Positions 40,305-54,063 of a DNA stretch of 64,000 nt are shown here, one piece after another. The notes under the pieces are model-generated. The model did not search any database. It saw only the letters and a list, made by a program, of their open reading frames with translations, and was not told where the DNA came from. This DNA is from Takakia lepidozioides (lineage: Eukaryota > Plantae > Bryophyta). Numbering within the stretch: the first letter of the stretch is position 1; every line of letters begins with the position of its first letter. Both the position numbers and the translations under genes were made by a program. The stretch covers positions 59,706,001 through 59,770,000 of the forward strand of contig CM060732.1 of the NCBI GenBank assembly GCA_030704615.1, in the 5' to 3' direction.

Positions 40305-41993
40305 ATGACAGAGAGTAGTAGATGCAATTCAGCATAGGAACTAGTGTGATTGGGTGTTTCCTAGGTTGTCATTGTCAGCTGCTAGCAGCAAGGGAAAAGA
40401 TGAATGCATGATTTGTGCAGATGCATGGATAGCTGAAGGAGAAGGGATAGAGTGTGGGTCCAGATTCATCCAAGAGGGCCAGATTTATGTGTTTGTGTGA
40501 TTGTGAGAGAGAGCGCGGCAGAGACGGGTACACATGGTGGCTTCACCGTGTTCCGGGCATGGTTCGAACGTGGTTGCAGATCGAACAGATTTTCAATTTA
40601 CCGACCTTGATGACTTTGTATTAGTAGTAGTGGGACACTCACACGCCAAGAACATGTATACTGCCTAAAGCTACGAGTCGAACTGGCTGAGATGGGTTAG
40701 GCTGCCACTGTCATCTCACCGAAAGCTTATGAGAAATTTGTAATTCCAGATTGAGGGGCTAAAACAGTATCACTTGAGGTGGAGCATTCAACTATCCATG
40801 CTCTGTGAGATTGTTGCGAAATTATTTATCTTTTATTGGGGACAAGTTGGAAGGCAAATGCGTGGTTTGCAAATGTTAAGCCCTGGCTATCAAAGTAAAT
40901 TTGAATCATTCTCATGCTCACAGTAGAGTGATATCTGATGTACATAGACCAATCAATTGACACTAGGCGTCATGTGTAGCTTGAATTTAAAGATCACTTA
41001 AGAGTTCCTTAAAAGCAGGCCTGAATGAATGTTGGCAAATGTTGAATGTTTGTCACATCCTTGTCACTGTTGGGAAACAGCCAAGCTTGTGCTTGTTGTT
41101 GGTTGTCGAGATGAGAGTTGTCTCCACTGAAAACCGTCTCTAATTTGCAGTCATTGATGCCACTCTGCACACTCGGATTGCATCTAGATATTGAAGCATC
41201 TTTGAGTTTGTTGTTTCCAAGCCTACCCCTACATGTAACCATGGGCATGGTATTTCCAATTTTTGCAAGTCTTCCTTCTTCTTGCATGTGGGAGGTTGTC
41301 CGTGACTGACTAAGGTGTGTGGTGGCAGCTAGAAATAAAGGCTTTTCCTGTACTACCAGAAGTTGCAGATCCAATCCTTAATCAAAACGGGCAGTCCAAG
41401 GTGCATACTGATTAAACCCCTGTTACTTGTTTCGGCTGATTACTGTACCAAAATTGACTTAAGAAGCATTGCTTGTGGCTTTCAAAAACGCACTCTATGT
41501 GTCTGTTTGGTGACCATGACAATATGGAGGATAATAAATGTGGCAGGTTCTCTAGGAAACCCGTGGGGCATTTGCTACAACTGGCCTGATGGATTCAACT
41601 ATCTCAATGAAACCAGCGGCTGCTGGCGCTGCAGTTTTGGAGGAGGTCTGTGCTCATGAAACTCCTTTTTCTTATTCAAATTTGGTGCACGAGAAGCATT
41701 TGCATTTGTAATTAACTTGACTCTTATGCATTTTTGCCAGTCAGCTAGCTGAGTTTATGAGGTCAAACCACTATTTTACTTTGGTCTACAGCTTAAGGTA
41801 TTGTAGGGGACCGATTTCTGATCTTGGGGACTAATTGGATGAGAGACAACATATGTTTCCTTCTTCAAACTGCTCTGACATTAGCCTGTAAGTTTGGCAC
41901 CATTCAATTTTGTAGATCGTGAAGAATATGTTCTAACATGTTTACTTAGGGTTCTTAGGGTAACATGACTGAAAAATACAAGGACATGTGTAG

Positions 41994-43438
<1,445 letters not shown>

Positions 43439-43725
43439 GTACTTTTCCATGCTCACCATCACACAGCTTCTCCTATTTTGCTTACAACAAGGCAAGTCCC
43501 TACGTAATGCAATTGTGAATCGCCATGTTATAATCAGCTTGAGTGTCCTGGATGGTTCAAATGATATCTATACTTGAGCAATGTCTAAAAACAATCAAAG
43601 CAGGCCTTGCACCAGTGCTTGTTCATAATGCATCTTGTAACTGAGAGTGTAAACTGTGATCAAGGAATCTTCATAAACGGACGAAGTGCCAAGTTTCCAA
43701 CGGCCAGTGGCATTGCATTAATGCC

Positions 43726-44147
43726 ACAACTTATGTGTTGCTATATCAAACATCTATGTTGCAGCTGGCAGGTGGGATGATACTGCAAAGGTGAGAAGAA
43801 TGATGAAGGTCAGAGGGGTTAGAAAAGAGCCAGATGACAAGTTGCATCCCAGAATTAAGGAAATCCATGCTGAGCTGAGAAGATTGTCTGGGCAGATGAA
43901 GGAGGCGGGGTATGTGCCTGGCACACGCTTTTTATTGCATGATGTGGAGGAAAGGGATTTTCTCTTTGCCACCAAGGCCATTGGTTTTGGGCTGATTAGC
44001 ACGACTCGTCAAGAATCTTCGAGTGTGTGGAGACTGCCAAACCTCCACCAAATTCAAAGATTGTTGGCCGAGCAATTGTTGTATGGGACGCTAACTACTT
44101 TCCACCACTTTGAAGATGGGATTTGTTCTTGTGGTGATTACTGGTGA
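43726..44147 (+). pseudogene. Orphan E/DYW-domain relic
   Basis: TTYVLL..AAGRWDDTAKVRRMM..KEP[PG box deleted]DKLHPRI..GYVPGTRFLLHDVEE..HHFEDGICSCGDYW; HxE motif deleted. Confidence 0.85.
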
Positions 44148-45049
44148 AAGGATGTTTTCTTGGAAAGATGCGAGCGTCTTGCTTCATTCATTGATCCGTG
44201 ATGTAGCTACTCACACTATCCACCATTTCCCGAAAGTATTGACCATGATGTACTGTTTAGTGCATTTCCTGTGCCATAAATCCACAGGAAATGATAGTGG
44301 TGTCTACCCGGCATAGGTGGGAAGTCAGCCCATAATTGCACTTGACTGAAGGGGTGATTTTTGACTGATTCTGGGGACAGTGGATGGAAATCAGAGTGTT
44401 GTCCTAATTCTGGGTTTGGGTGGTGGAGCTTCTCCAAAGCTTGAAGATGGAAGTGAATACGAATTTTAATGAGCTTGATGAGAGGGGCAGCCCTGTGCAC
44501 AAGTTTGTTCAGCATCTTAAGTTTGGACATGTTTGTTTGTTTCTCGTGGTGTGGCTTTGGATGGAGCCCTTGACGAACTTGCATGAATATTGTCAAAAGC
44601 TAGCCTTAACGCACCAAGATCCAATCCTATGGTGGATGCTTGAAAGTTCATATAGTGAATGTAAGGGTATTTGGGTATGTTGTTATTGGTTGATGTGGCT
44701 TGTGAAAATTGAACATTGAAATGCAGATCCGCCATTTTTCTTCCAGAAAAAAAACAAAACACGGGATCTCTGCATGTAACACTGCGGGGATGACCCACCA
44801 TTTTTTTGTGAAAAATTAAACGTAGTTCTCAGAATTCGTCGCTAGTAGTGCGGAGCAACGCGAAGCCCTAGTTATTTCATGGATTTGTAGAAAGCAGCGG
44901 CTAGTGCGATGGTAAAGAGCATCTAGTGACGAACGTGAGGTGTGCTGTTCAAATCCTAGCAGGTGACATTTGTGGTGATAATGTGTGTTAATTATAAATA
45001 TATATTTTGTTTGAGGAGGGTCCGAGGGTCCGAAGGTTGGAGTTAGGTG

Positions 45050-45245
45050 CTCGCCAGTTTGGAGTTTGTCGCCAGTCAGTCCGCTCGTCAATCACCAGTC
45101 TGTTGGTGAGTCCGCTCGCCAATCGCCAGTCCGCCGGTCAGTCCACTCGCCGCTCGACAGTCTGCTGGTCAGTCCGCTCGCCAATCCACTGGTCAGTCTG
45201 CTCGCCAGTTGGAGTCAGTCTGTCGAGGGTTTGGCCAGTCCGCTA
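45050..45245. repeat. Short tandem minisatellite (CAGTCCGCTCGC-like units), probably TE-internal
   Basis: Repeated AGTCCGCTCGCC / CAGTCTG variants. Confidence 0.75.
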
Positions 45246-45807
45246 GAAGGTCCGCCGCCGTTAAAGAACTAGGACTTAGAAAAAATTCAGAATCTAGACC
45301 TGGTGAAAGGGGGGTGGGTTCATGAGCTCACCCCATGGGCCGTACTAGCAGGGCCCATAGGTGCATTCAAGACCCAATTATTAAAAAATGAGAGGCATTC
45401 CCTCGGCCCCTTATTCCCTCGGCCCCTTCTGCCCCCCCCTTCTGCACGGCCTTGCTCACCAGCTCCACCATCAGCAGCACCGGGAGCATTTTTTTCCAAC
45501 CTCCCCCGTCCCTACTCCCATCATCACCCCCAGTACCACCACTCTCTTGAACTGCATGTGACAAACTTCCACAGAATTTTTTGTACATATGACGACACTA
45601 TGAGGCCCACAAAACAAAATCCTCCTCTCAAAAAGTAGGCCAACCCCAAAAATGAATGTTTTGAGGCGCTGTGATTGGCTATAACCTCAGTAATATCTCT
45701 TTGTGAAAAAAAATAACTTAAGTAAACACTTAGGGCTGAAAGACATCCCATCGGGGTGTTCAATCAAGTCCAGTTCAAGAAATTGGAAAATCCCATAAGA
45801 ACAGGGT

Positions 45808-47132
45808 TGTAACGCTCCCATACCAGTCCGAAAGGAAATCCTCTTCGATGCCTGTGGTGAAGACGTCTCTGCCTGAACCTGTCAAGCCAGAAATAGAAGA
45901 CACTATGAGCACCTATAAGGATTTGATATTACCAGACAAGATATACTGACTCCTTTACATAAAATGAATCCAGCTTAACAAGCCACCTACCACACTTACA
46001 GTATACTGCAACCACAGCAATGGTTCCACCTAAATTTACATACAGAGAAGACCCAATATAAACCCAATACTAATACAACTTGGCTTCAGTCGTGAACTAA
46101 GGACAGAAACATGCCTCGGGTGTTGAGAGAAAAACTGGAGACTCAAAGAGAGTGGTCGGGCCACCTACACCACCATCCCTACTAGTTTAGCAACTCCGCG
46201 AGTACCACCAGTATCAGACTCCAACAACCCTGACGTCAACAAGGGGCTCTCAAATCCACCATAGACGTGAACAAGGGCCGGGGATATATTCCCCTTTAGG
46301 TACAAGAATTACCACTAGGAGGGTTGTAGCGATATAGAGCAGCGACTTGCTAGATAGGGTGGAATCAAACATGACGCCTTTTGAAGGTCTAAACGTTCAT
46401 CAGCAACTTCTGAGATCAAATCCAATCCACCACCCCTTGGCATGAGTGCACTGGGATTATATAGTATTTAGTGTTGGAATTTGACATAGAATAGAGATAA
46501 AAGCTGAAATAAAAGATGAATTGATTACTGAGAACTCTCCACCCAACCATAGGACCACAACAAGCTCTCTGTCCACCCTCCGAGCTCTCCCTATTTATAC
46601 TCAAAGTCTAATCCAAGAATAGCTGAGATAACTCCATTCTTTTACTTAAGTTATCTCTACCTGCTAGTACACTAACTTGAGTCACTAATAATAACTGAAG
46701 CTAATTTTAGCTAACTTTTAGCTAACTGAGGCTTATCGCTAGTATTCTTAACTGTGACTTATGGAAGCCTGACTTGTCATCACAGTAACTCTGAGTAGCA
46801 GTAACTTGATAAGGACCTAATCTAATCCAGACCAAATGGCCTTCTGGTCAGCCAAATGCCATCCCAGCAGGCCACACACCAGTGCCACCTCACCTAATCT
46901 AATCCTATACTAGCTGCTAACTAAGGACAATCCTAACTTAATATATCCAGCTATACCAACGCCTAATATGTAACGACTCCTCTAGCCTAATCCATCTAGA
47001 ACTAACGATCAGGTTCATCCCTGTCACATTCGTGCGCCATCCATCACACTCAATGAGCGTGCACATCCTGCTTCATCCACTTCATCATCCATCTATGCCC
47101 AAAAGCGGGTAGGTAGGAATCCAGCCCTCACA
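45808..47132. mobile_element. LTR-like sequence (TGTAAC...CTCACA) related to the 7634-8183 element
   Basis: Shared GGGCCGGGGATATATTCCCC..GAGGGTTGTAGC block (46276) and 3' GTAGGAATCCAGCCCTCACA; no TSD match (GGGT / TATG). Confidence 0.6.
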
Positions 47133-47429
47133 TATGTGAAGCATGCTGGCCCCACAAGACTCAGCGAGCTCCTGCGAGCTGAGAGAGAAGGAACATGAAT
47201 TAGAAAAGAAATGACTACAACACTAGGTACCCGGCATGCATGGGATGAAAAAACCAGCAGAACAAAATCTTCCCCTGCAAGATGGGCTAAGGACAAAAGA
47301 TCCGACTGGAAAAACCCCATGCATGTTACAAAGCGATGCCATGGGCTAACACGAAAAAAAATAAAAAATCCTAACTAAGGCTTTGAAACAGTTGTCGGCA
47401 ATCTGGAGAGAGCAGCTCTAGTAGGGGTG

Positions 47430-48020
47430 TAAAGCACCTGTCTGTTCTCAACATTAAGACAAGTCAAATCAAAGGTCAGAGTACAAGGAACCAACAAAGA
47501 TACATGAACGGAGCTAGCAAGAGCAGGAATAGAGGCATGCTGAGGGAGTAGTACATATTGCCTACCAGGTAAGATCTCAGTGATGAGATAAGGCCCATCA
47601 ATTCGTCTCTTGGCCTTAGAAACCTCTTTACCTGGCTGAAGCCTTACACAAACAGATTGCCCAACTTTGAAAGATTCGGAATAGACAACATGACGATTGT
47701 AATTCTTTGCTTGCGAAGCCTGAGCAAAACGGATGTTAGATTTAGAGGTCTCTCACAAGGAACGATGTTTGGTATCCATAGTTAATAAAAATGTTTCCGA
47801 ATTCTGAGGTTCGGTGATACCTGCAGCCAAATGTGCGAAGGGGTACGACATTTCCTGCCATACAACAACTCAAAAGGGGAAATCTTAGTGTTAGCATGAA
47901 TTGAAGTACGATAAGCAAACAACAAAATTGGCACAACAATGTCCCATTCTTCAATGAGAGTCCCATTTTTCTCCAACATCTGACACATTACTCTGTTAAA
48001 TCCAAACACGGTCGGATCCA
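47430..48020 (-). mobile_element. Ty3/gypsy integrase C-terminal remnant
   Basis: EWDIVVPILLFAYRTSIHANTKISPFELLYGRKCRTP, followed by FKVGQSV..DGPYLI (GPY/F motif). Confidence 0.8.
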
Positions 48021-48634
48021 AAGCTATGTAGTTTTGAACACTTGTAAGGCAACCTTGTGGCCCAAACCTCTAGGCCATCTATTGGAATCTGAATCACCAT
48101 CTACAATAATTCCTACAAAAATTCCAAGTATGCCCTTTTCGCATTGTGATGGTTCCCACTTGTTTTGCACAAGGGATTGATTTTCTCTGCACACGTCCGT
48201 GTTTAGTACTATACAAACACATGGCAAATTTGTCTCAAGCAGCACACCTTGAAGACTAGGGGAGTATCATTCCTAGTCCTCCATTTGTTAGATCTGACTT
48301 GAAAGCCCAGGCATAAGCGAGCATCCCATTGTGGCAATCTTTGCTTTGACATCTTCTGGAAACTCTTGTAATGATACCTGGCTCAACTTAACCTCTTTTG
48401 AGTACGCAGTCTTCTTGGATGCTTTGAGAGTTCCATTGAAAAACTTGTGTGTGTGCAAAACTTTCAATTGCAAGAACTTTTTCTGTTTGATTGTTGCCAT
48501 GAAAGTGCTGTACACCCTGGCAAATTCGATGATACAGTTCTTCTGACCTTACTCCACGGTTGCAAACATAATGACAAGTTAGGACCTCTCTGTTATTTGA
48601 AGTGGTGTACTATCTTCCATGCATGTTGTTTGTT

Positions 48635-51600
48635 TCACCAGTAATCCCCACAGGAACAAACCCCATCTTCAAAGTGGTGAAAGCGGTTGGCATCTCGTAC
48701 AACAACTGCTCGTCCAACAATCTTAGAAATAAACTTGGTGGCGGTGTGGCAGTCACCACACACCCGGAGGTTCTGATGGATACGGAGGGGCGTTCCAGGG
48801 GGAGTGCTCACAAGCCCAAAAGCAATCGCAAGCTTCTCGCTATGCTGGCAAAGAGAAATTTCTTTTTGCTCCTCTTCCAAATCATGCAAGACAAAGCGTG
48901 TGTCAGGCACATACCCAGCCTCCTTCATCTGCGCAGACAATACCTTAAGTTGCATGTGAATACCCTCAATTTGTGGATGCAATTTGTCCTCGACAACAAA
49001 TGTATGCAGCTGGTTATTCACCTCAATACAGCTGCGCCCTGGCTCTTTTCTGATGCCTCTGTCCTCCATCATTTTTCTCACCTTTTCTTTATCATCCCAT
49101 CTGCCAGCTGCAGCATAGATGTTTGATAGAAGAACATACGCCGTGGCATGCTGTGGATCACTCTTGAGAATCCATTTTGCTGCACGTTCTGCTACATTTA
49201 CAACACCATGAATCCTGCAGGCACTAAGCAAGGCCCCCCACACTGAAACACCTGGTTCTATAGGCATCTTGTTAATAAAGGTCTCTGCCTCTTCGACTCG
49301 CCCTGCACGGCCCAAAAGATCCACCATGCAGCTGAAATGCTCAAGTGTAGTAGGGATGCCATGATCTTGACTCATTGCATCAAAGTAGTGACAACCTTCC
49401 TCCACAAGGCCTGACTGGGCACATGCTGAGAGAAGAGAAATAAGAGTGATAGTGTTTGGCTTTACGCCTTCATATTGCATTTGTTCAAATAGCTGGAGGG
49501 CCTCCCTACCAAACCCATGCTGAGCATATCCTGTAATCATTGCACTCCACGAAACCACATCTCGTTTTCCCATATCGTCAAACACTTGATGTGCATCCTT
49601 CATGCTCCCGGATTTAGTATACATGTTGACAAGGGCAGTTTCTAGAATATGATCTTGGACCACTCCACTTTTGCTGAGGTCAGCATGCACCCGTTTGCCC
49701 TTTTCCAGAGCTCCAAGACTGGCACATGCATTGAGGACACAAATGAATGTGACGTTGTTGGGAGTCACCCCTTCCCATTGCATTTGCTCATAGATTTCAT
49801 AAGCTTCCCTACCACACCCATGCTGAGCATATCCTGCAATCATTGCACTCCATGAGACCACATTTCGTTTAGACATTTTGTCAAACACTTGACGGGCATC
49901 CTTCATGCTCCTGCATTTGGCATACATGTCGAGAAGGGCAGTCTCCAGAATGATATCTGGTGCAACTCCACTTTGCCTGATGTCACCATGAACCATTTTG
50001 CCCTTTTCCAGGGCTCCTAAACTGGCACACAAATTAAGAATGCAAATGAATGTAACATTAGTGGGCATCACCCCTTTCTCCTGCATTTTCTTATATATCT
50101 CAAAAGCCTCACTACCACACCCCTGCTGAGAATATCCTGTGATCATGACATTCCAAGACACCACATCTCGTTGAGACATATTGTCAAACACTTGGCACGC
50201 ATCCTTCATGCTCCCACATTTGGCATACATGTTAAGAAGGGTATTCTCCAAATTAACATACGGCAGAATTTCAGCTTTCACGATGTCAGCATGGACCTCT
50301 TTGCCCTTTTCAAGAGCTCCTAGGCTGGCACATGCATTGAGAATGCAAATGAACATGACCCTGTCGGGCAGCACCGCTTCCCGTTGCTGCTCATAGATCT
50401 CAATAGCCTCCCTACTGCACCCATGCTTGGCATATCCTGTTATCATTATAGTCAGCGTAAACAAATTTCGTTCGGGCAATCTGTTGAATATCTGGCGTGC
50501 ATCCACCAAGCTCCCGCATTTGGCATACATGTCAACAAGGGTGTTAAGCACAAAGATGTTTGGCTTGAATCCACTTTGAATCATGTGGGCGTGCACCCGC
50601 TTCCCTTCTGCTAGGTCTTTCAAGTTGATGCACTCCTGCAAGAGACAGACATAGGTAATAGAGTCTGCCTGAATGCCTCGTTGGTTCAAAATGTGCAGTG
50701 CCTCCTTCAGCCGTCCTCCCTTACACAGTGTCCTCACATCTTCACAAGTTCCAGAAGAGTTCTTACTGGATCCATCCATTAGTCCTCTTTCAAACGCTTT
50801 GGTGATGGTGGTGCCCCTGCCGCCAGTCTGAGATCCAGTAGATAACCGTGCCTGATCCAACCACGCCATCCTGCATGACTAAAAATTCTTAGTTACAAAA
50901 CTTAATACTCAACACTCACAGTGCTTAACTCCAAGCTCATGGGTACGTAAGGAAAGATCTCAAGCGGGCATCCTTCTTACTGATTAGTAGCAGGAATAAA
51001 AACTACTACAGTCACCTACTTTGCGAAGAAACAGTACCAATTCTAGGTAACAGAGTCTGAACCCACAATCCTCATAAAAAAATACCCGTTGTATTTTTGG
51101 ACTGGAGCTCCACAGCATCCGTCCATATAACCAGCACCAGATTGTGCTTCACTTTGTGTCGTGGCAGCTGGCTCTGTTTTCATCCTAGGAGGGTTCAACC
51201 AGCTTGCAATCCAAGAGGGCAAGTCTGATGGCCTTGGACTTATTCTGTGGATACCACGGGTGTGCAGCTGAGCGGCGATAGCTTTTACCACAGCCTCGCA
51301 CAGACCAGGCTACAACCACCAAAGCTCCACAAACACCGTTTCAAACAACTGGCCACAGCTTTGAGCAGGCCAACTTCAATGATATCGGGATCAGCGATCA
51401 ACTGATCCAACAATATTAACCACTGCCACAGCTGTGACAGACATATATCTTAATTTTCATTACCTTCACAATTCCCGTTAGTTCGCTCAGGAGAAGATCC
51501 ACTTAATCCTCCGAGCTCAACGGTTGGGAAACAAAAGAGAGAACCTTACCTGATCAGATGTGGTGCCCCTCCACTTCGAAGAATCTAACATGAACTCTTG

Positions 51601-52231
51601 ACATTCCAAGCTTGTTGCTTGGCCTGAGGGCAAACATAAATACGATCGTTAGTGCTCCTACTTGCCTGAGTCTTATTGAGGAATGATAGTGCAACATTCC
51701 CATAAAACTGATCTCCCTCTCTCTCAGAGAATGACTCGAAGTTGAATTGTAGCTTTACAGTTGGGGTGGCTAGTTGTTGGGGGCCCCACTGTCTTTTTCT
51801 GTTTCCTGTTTTCTGTCGTCCCATACTCTCTTTGAGCTTCAAGTGGATGTTCGAAACTCTCTCTCCATTTTGTCCCATAAGCTCTATGAGCTTTCCGCGG
51901 ACGTTATAAAGCACCATCTCATTTCATTTCTCCCTCTTTCATACCTCTCTCTTTGTCTCTCTCTTTGTCTCTCGCATACAGGGTAGAGACTAAAAAAATA
52001 CGAAGAATACCGTCTCTAACCTTTCTTTGATTTCCCTGGAGACTGGGGAATCGCTATCACTTGCAAGAGCATCGTATCCGCCAATGCGAAGGTTGATGCC
52101 CATGTGGGCTCCAAAGCCTGGCCCGGTAATATATTGTATGATGCGAGGCCTCCCACTCGTTCGCTGCAAAGAGAAGACAGGGCCTTGGGTAGAGCCTCTC
52201 CCTGCCGAAGAGGGCCGGAGCACGCTCCCAT
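48635..52231 (-). CDS. PPR-D: intact PLS-E-DYW organellar C-to-U RNA-editing factor with upstream targeting-peptide and degenerate PDF-motif exons
   Basis: 744-aa exon 50870-48635 with 14 PLS motifs, E1/E2, PGRSCIEV, HSEKLA, CGDCH and terminal DYW; upstream exons 52231-52021, 51623-51550, 51267(or 51244)-51086; last junction GG|GTATTT..CAG|G-ATG in frame; 5' exon usage less certain than the main exon. Confidence 0.88.
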
Positions 52232-54063
52232 CCGTGCGGGTTGTGTGAGAGAGTCAAGACGAAGCTTTAAGTGCTACTGCAGGAACAGGCAAGCTTTAGA
52301 GAAGTGCGCAGCGCGATTGTCGTTTGCACGCAAGTTGCATCGGAGTATGGACCTTGGATCGGACTCCAGGGCAGCACACGGACATGGTTTGGGGGGTCCT
52401 TTGGGATACGCTTGCAAGCTTCAATGACTCCCACGCACCAGCCTTCTTTCGGTTGCGACCCACGGTTTCATCAGCAGCCTGCTGGATTTTCGCACAAAGG
52501 AAAATGTACTAATGCAGCAATTCGTTTTGAATGAAGGAGAACTTTGAAGGAGTTGCAATGCAAGGGGTTTGTCTTGATCAGTTTATCGTACTGTGCATCC
52601 CACTGATCTGCAATATGCTGCAGGTGTGATATTGCAGGTATGGTTGTCAACAGAGGCTGGCAGCAAGTACAGAGGAGAAAATAGTGATGGGTGTCGTTGC
52701 AATGGAAGAGAGATGCAGTGTGGTGAACTAGTTTGATAATCTGGGCTTCTTGAGCCAAATACTATGGCACCATCACTCCAGCCTGGAAAGTTTTCAGAAT
52801 CTCAAGACAGTGCTGTGTTTTCTGCAGCCCCCAGCCCGAGTTCAAACAGAGAGGCATAGAAAAATAGAGGGGGCAGCCATTTCGGTTATGGCGGTGGGAG
52901 GGGATGGTCTCTTTGTTTTGCACAGTGAGGAGGACCTCTTCCATGCGTGAGAACTGCCACAGACCAAGTCTTGGTGAGACACTCTAGTATCAGCTGAGTT
53001 GATGAAGGGCCCTAGACCTCGAAAGTACAAGACCTTCAAGCATGGATATTGCTGGATGGCGCTTCTAAATCAGATACAGTCCAGCCCTGTGGTTTGCTGT
53101 GTAACACTTGGATCTTAACAATCAACGAGTGAAGCATCAATCAGGATGGATAAAATCAGTGTCGATTGACATCAGAATTCAAGTGGCACATAGCTTCAGG
53201 GAGATGGCTACTCCGAGGGTGGACAGAAGCATTTGAAGAAGCTTCCTGCTCCTTCAGCTGTGCTGTTTGGTTATAGGCTACTTGAGGAAATGTTAGTTCA
53301 CACTGCCAGTATCTTTCTAGAAGTGGCTGCTGATCACTGTGCAAAAACTGCAGAGACAGTGGGGAGAAATTGACTACACTACGTACTTGGTACAAACTGG
53401 GCAAATATGCTTACAGGAGAGGGAGGATAGCAACTATTTTCGCCGAGAGCATACCACATCTGCTGAAAACGTTTAACCTTGATATCAGCCTTCCCTTTCC
53501 ATTTCTTGAAGACGGTCGTTCCAACTTGGAAATGAGCTCTGATCTGGCCTAATATCATGCACTACCCCGGTTCTCAAAGTTGTTGAGCTCACTTACCATG
53601 GTTCGTGGCTTTGGAAGTGTTGCTGTAAACCTCCTAGCTACAAGAACTCCTAGATAGCACATTGAAACAGTTTGTGATTATACTCTAAACTCAAACTCTT
53701 TGTTCTTTCCTTTTGACAGATTTTGTTTCTTGGACATCCGCAGCCCACTCATCCTGCACCTGGTGTCTGGAAAGGACAAAAAGTGGACTCAAGATTAGTG
53801 GGAAAGATAGCAACACACTTAATCTATGGGATGTGAAACATGAAAAGTTATTGGAGACAGAGGACAACGAATATGAGAGGGGCGGCTGTGTATGGTAACC
53901 TTCAACAATCATGAGCTAGTTACTAAAAACAGCAGGACCCCTCCCTGACACTTGCATGCTGATCATTTTCGAGTTTCAGGGCTCACCATAATAATAATAG
54001 ACTAGACTACTACATCACCCACAGATGGCTTCACGCATAGCACTGATATAACTGATGCTGCCA

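Noticed and set aside
44845-44872. Helitron-like 3' end (GCGGAGCAACGC..CTAG-T)
   Set aside because: Hairpin stem only ~3 bp and no 5' end identified
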